Shown piece after piece: positions 61,272 to 64,000 of a stretch of 64,000 bases of DNA (position 1 is its first letter; every line of letters starts with the position of its first letter). The position numbers and the translations under genes are program-made. The stretch is from Zancudomyces culisetae HAW-14-8 (taxonomy: Eukaryota > Fungi > Kickxellomycota). Below the pieces are notes generated by a model. That model was not told the origin of the DNA. It did no database searches and saw nothing but the letters and a program-made list of their open reading frames with translations. Where the stretch lies: contig JBNJNM010000023.1 of NCBI GenBank assembly GCA_052426225.1, positions 558,001 to 622,000 of the forward strand, given 5' to 3'.

Positions 61272-61470
61272 CGGGTTTAGGCATAACTTTGATTTGATAA
61301 ACTTGGTACGCGTAGTACTATTGTAACTATTTTCTGTACTTAAAATTTAATATATATAGAAACATAAATAACTATACTAAAACATAGTTTATGATTGTGA
61401 AGCTATTTTAAACAACTGTTTTATTTTAAGAAATAAAATAACTTGTATTTTAAATACGCATTAACTTACA
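61256..61470 (+). mobile_element. Possible solo-LTR-like sequence at the truncation point of the ankyrin gene
   Basis: TGTAA...TTACA termini, 215 bp, with an internal TATATATA and a downstream AATAAA. The flanks (TTAGC/TATGT) do not form a TSD. Confidence 0.3.
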
Positions 61471-62480
61471 TATGTTAAACATTTGTTACGGCGACATCAA
61501 GCCTTAAAGTTATACAAATCTTACAAAGTAAAGCAGCAATAAAAAACAACCATTTGAATTATCTCTGCAAACCAGGCGATGGTGTTGATCTGTAACATAA
61601 ACATAGTTTTATCAAGTAATATGTCCTCAGCATATAAGAGTGTAATAAATATGCTATATTTATACGCAATTCATATTATTCATTTGTACATTTTGTATAA
61701 TCAAATTAGCCCATGTTATTAATATTCTTGTAGAAGTGAGGGCTTCGATTTTTTCAGTGCTTTCCTGCAAAATAGGATAAATTCAGCAATTTAATTTTAA
61801 TTTAACCACACTTGGTTCACTATTTTTTATGAGATGTAAATCATTTTGAAAGCATTTTAGAGCTTTTGAATATTTATAAATACAATCGAGAAGGAAAAAG
61901 TTGATACTCAATAAAATCGCAACGAGATTTGTAAACCATAAGGACTTATTCTCTTTAAACAACTGTTTAATCATTTAGAAAATTCCATTTTAAAAAAATA
62001 ACATAACGTCTTGATGGGGATTGATGAACAGGGAGATATAGTGTTATTGTGTTATATGCATATGTGGTAATAGCAACTATTATTATATATTAGCTCCTAC
62101 TTGTGTTTAATTTTTGTAAATTATGGCTTAGTTCAAAATTTAATCTGGATCATTTTCCCGAACACTTAATTTCCGAACTAAAAAAAAATAAGAAAAGGCA
62201 TAAAGAGTAAACTAAAGTATTAGGAGTGACACAGATCCCCACACTTTTATAGATATCCCCATATGAGGTGGGAAATAAGTGTAAAGTTTAACACGATAGT
62301 AGAATGCATTAAAAAAATAGTATATAAACCATGATCTGCTTTCCATAAACACAATAACATCAACAACAACAAAAACACACCAAGTACTAATACTAAGATA
62401 TTATTATTAGTAATAAATAGCATCATTATCTTTTCAAGATACAGATAATCAAAACAGAAGAGAACAAAAGTAAGATAAAA

Positions 62481-63007
62481 ATGGTAAAGATCACAATAGT
62501 AGGAGTATCAGTTGTATGTGCAATGCTCGCAGCAAATGCCACAGCAGTTGATCAATACGTAAATCTTTTTGTCAATGAATACCAAGATCAACAAGCGGTA
62601 GCAGCAGGTATGGCAAGACTTCCAGATAGTGTTCAATGTTCAATGCTTCCAAATCTAGAGCAGCTGAGCTTGCTGATCGTGGCATTTTGGGTGTTTTGCT
62701 AGGAGGCCTTGGACCCGGTAATATTGGAAATCTGGTCTCTGGAATTACTGGTGGACGCGGATCCGGTGGTAATAATTTAGGAAACTTACTTTCTGGGCTT
62801 ACTGGTGGGGTTGTTTCTTTGCTTGGAGGGGGTGGTAGCGGTGGTTTTTTAGGTGGACTTAGATCTGGTAGTGTTGATTTGGGTGGCTTGGTTTCTAATG
62901 TTGCTGGAGTCTTGGATCGGACAGTAATAGTAGAAAAAGATATACCAGAGTTGCACATAAACATAACAGAGCTGCTCATAGACATACTAGGTCATAGATT
63001 GTTTTAA
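62481..63007 (+). pseudogene. Secreted Gly/Leu-rich repeat protein split by one frameshift near 62630
   Basis: The signal peptide (ORF 62481..62702) and the Gly/Leu-rich body GILGVLLGGLG..GNLVSGITGG..GNLLSGLTGG..GGLVSNVAG (ORF 62636..63007) are in different frames. TATA box TATATAAA at 62321. Confidence 0.7.
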
Positions 63008-63149
63008 AATTCTAATTTTGACTTTAAGAAGGATTCACTAATATTTTGATCTCAATCTCCTTTCTAAATTTTTTGTTGAAATTTACTACACTTTGCAACG
63101 ATGAGAATTGAAAAATAGTAAACTTGACCATATTTCAACCAGAAAAAAA

Positions 63150-63800
63150 CTAGTAGAAGAAATAGGTTACTGAATAATTAGAAAGGAGAAACGACTTTTT
63201 AGCAGTCCTAGTAAAAGGAAAGATATGGGAAGAGAACCGGATTTCTGAGTAGAAGGATGAATAAGAATAGCAGAGCAAAATAACAAGTGGTGGAGTCAAC
63301 AGATAGAGATTTTGCGGGAAATTATAAAAAAAGGAAACAAAGATCACCACCCGCAAAAGGCGCGCATTTATGTAAAGACGAGAGCAAACAAACAGATGGC
63401 AGCTGGCAGACAGAGAGCATACCACGGAAATATTGATGAAACTACCGATTATTTCGAGTACCGGTACCCGTGTTGAAACAATAAAAATATAGAAATGATT
63501 AAACATGCTCTTCTGGGCGGTGCAAGGTGGGTTCCAGTTTGAATAAAGTTCCTGATGCAATACATTTCAGAACTATTAACAGCAGGAAATGAGGAGAGAA
63601 GTAGTAGTGAATGATGGCGGAGTTTTTTTGTAGGGCGACTCATTGGAGGGGAGTCAAAAAGAATGATTACTCTCTCCGTTAAGAAGAGAGTAACCGAGGC
63701 ACTATCCTTGGTTTAGCTAGAAAAAGAGAATATCTTGGATGGAGTCTGTCAATATAGGATGCAAATCTTAGACCGACTTAAAGTAGATATTTTATAGGAT
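63150..63800 (+). mobile_element. Decayed LINE-like 3' fragment (zinc-knuckle region), related to 19100-19510
   Basis: Translation through stops gives YPC*NNKNIEMIKHALLGGARW...FFVGRLIGGES. Confidence 0.6.
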
Positions 63801-64000
63801 TATTTTTTGTAGTTTTATATGATATTTATTTAATAAGCTAGTTAAACTAAAAACGAACCATTTTACTAAATAAGTTATAAAATTAAGATTATGGAATTAG
63901 CACGGCTGGAATAACAGAAAATATTTAAACCAAGAATACACTTTTGGCTTGGGCTACTTTCAGCCTATCGATTATTTTCCACCGGCAGTTGGCTTTGGAG
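63583..64000 (-). repeat. Copy 2 (inverted) of 18927-19343
   Basis: Direct reverse-complement match. Confidence 0.93.
63972..64000 (-). CDS. 3' end (..PKPTAGGK*) of a second copy of the Cys-rich secreted gene, continuing beyond the window
   Basis: The reverse complement CTCCAAAGCCAACTGCCGGTGGAAAATAA equals the end of 18218-18955 with one synonymous change (GCT/GCC). Confidence 0.85.

Noticed and set aside
62631-62644. 7-nt tandem duplication (GTTCAAT x2) or a mini-intron as the cause of the frameshift
   Set aside because: Removing 7 nt, or the 18/22-nt GT-AG segments from 62608, does not join the two frames.
3576-64000. One large inverted duplication explaining both paralog pairs
   Set aside because: The order is not mirrored (ankyrin precedes the Cys-rich gene on both sides) and the two pairs differ greatly in divergence.

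Overview
AT-rich, intron-containing fungal nuclear DNA. The gene set (FKS glucan synthase and GH72 alongside EIPR1, HAUS4-like, SMIM8-like, a trypsin-fold gene and expanded ankyrin genes) fits an early-diverging fungus, probably Kickxellomycotina/Harpellales-like; this assignment is inference only. The window has two compartments. A conserved core (~25-56 kb) holds FKS1, EIPR1/TSSC1, HAUS4-like, GH72 Gas/Gel, CAP/Srv2, V-ATPase F, GGPP synthase, a SMIM8-like gene and carnitine acetyltransferase. Accessory flanks (1-24 kb, 56-64 kb) hold a Ty3/Gypsy chromovirus with its 3' LTR, LINE-like remnants, two inverted paralogs of an F-box-like/ankyrin gene (one fragmented, one truncated), a long metallothionein, a DUF4246 oxygenase-like gene with one in-frame TAG, a secreted acid phosphatase, several small secreted proteins and pseudogenes. 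Best leads: (1) a two-exon secreted protein with a predicted mature N-terminal His, a second His and a C-terminal E-Y-x-x-C-x-D motif, a candidate histidine-brace LPMO-like copper protein (48666-49412); (2) a duplicated prepro-protein with a cationic CX3CX3C hairpin (18218-18955, second copy at the right edge); (3) stop codons in otherwise intact DUF4246 and GH72 genes; (4) the F-box/ankyrin family with conserved upstream motifs; (5) an echinocandin hot-spot-1 Pro-to-Thr substitution in FKS. No tRNA, rRNA or CRISPR array was recognised.
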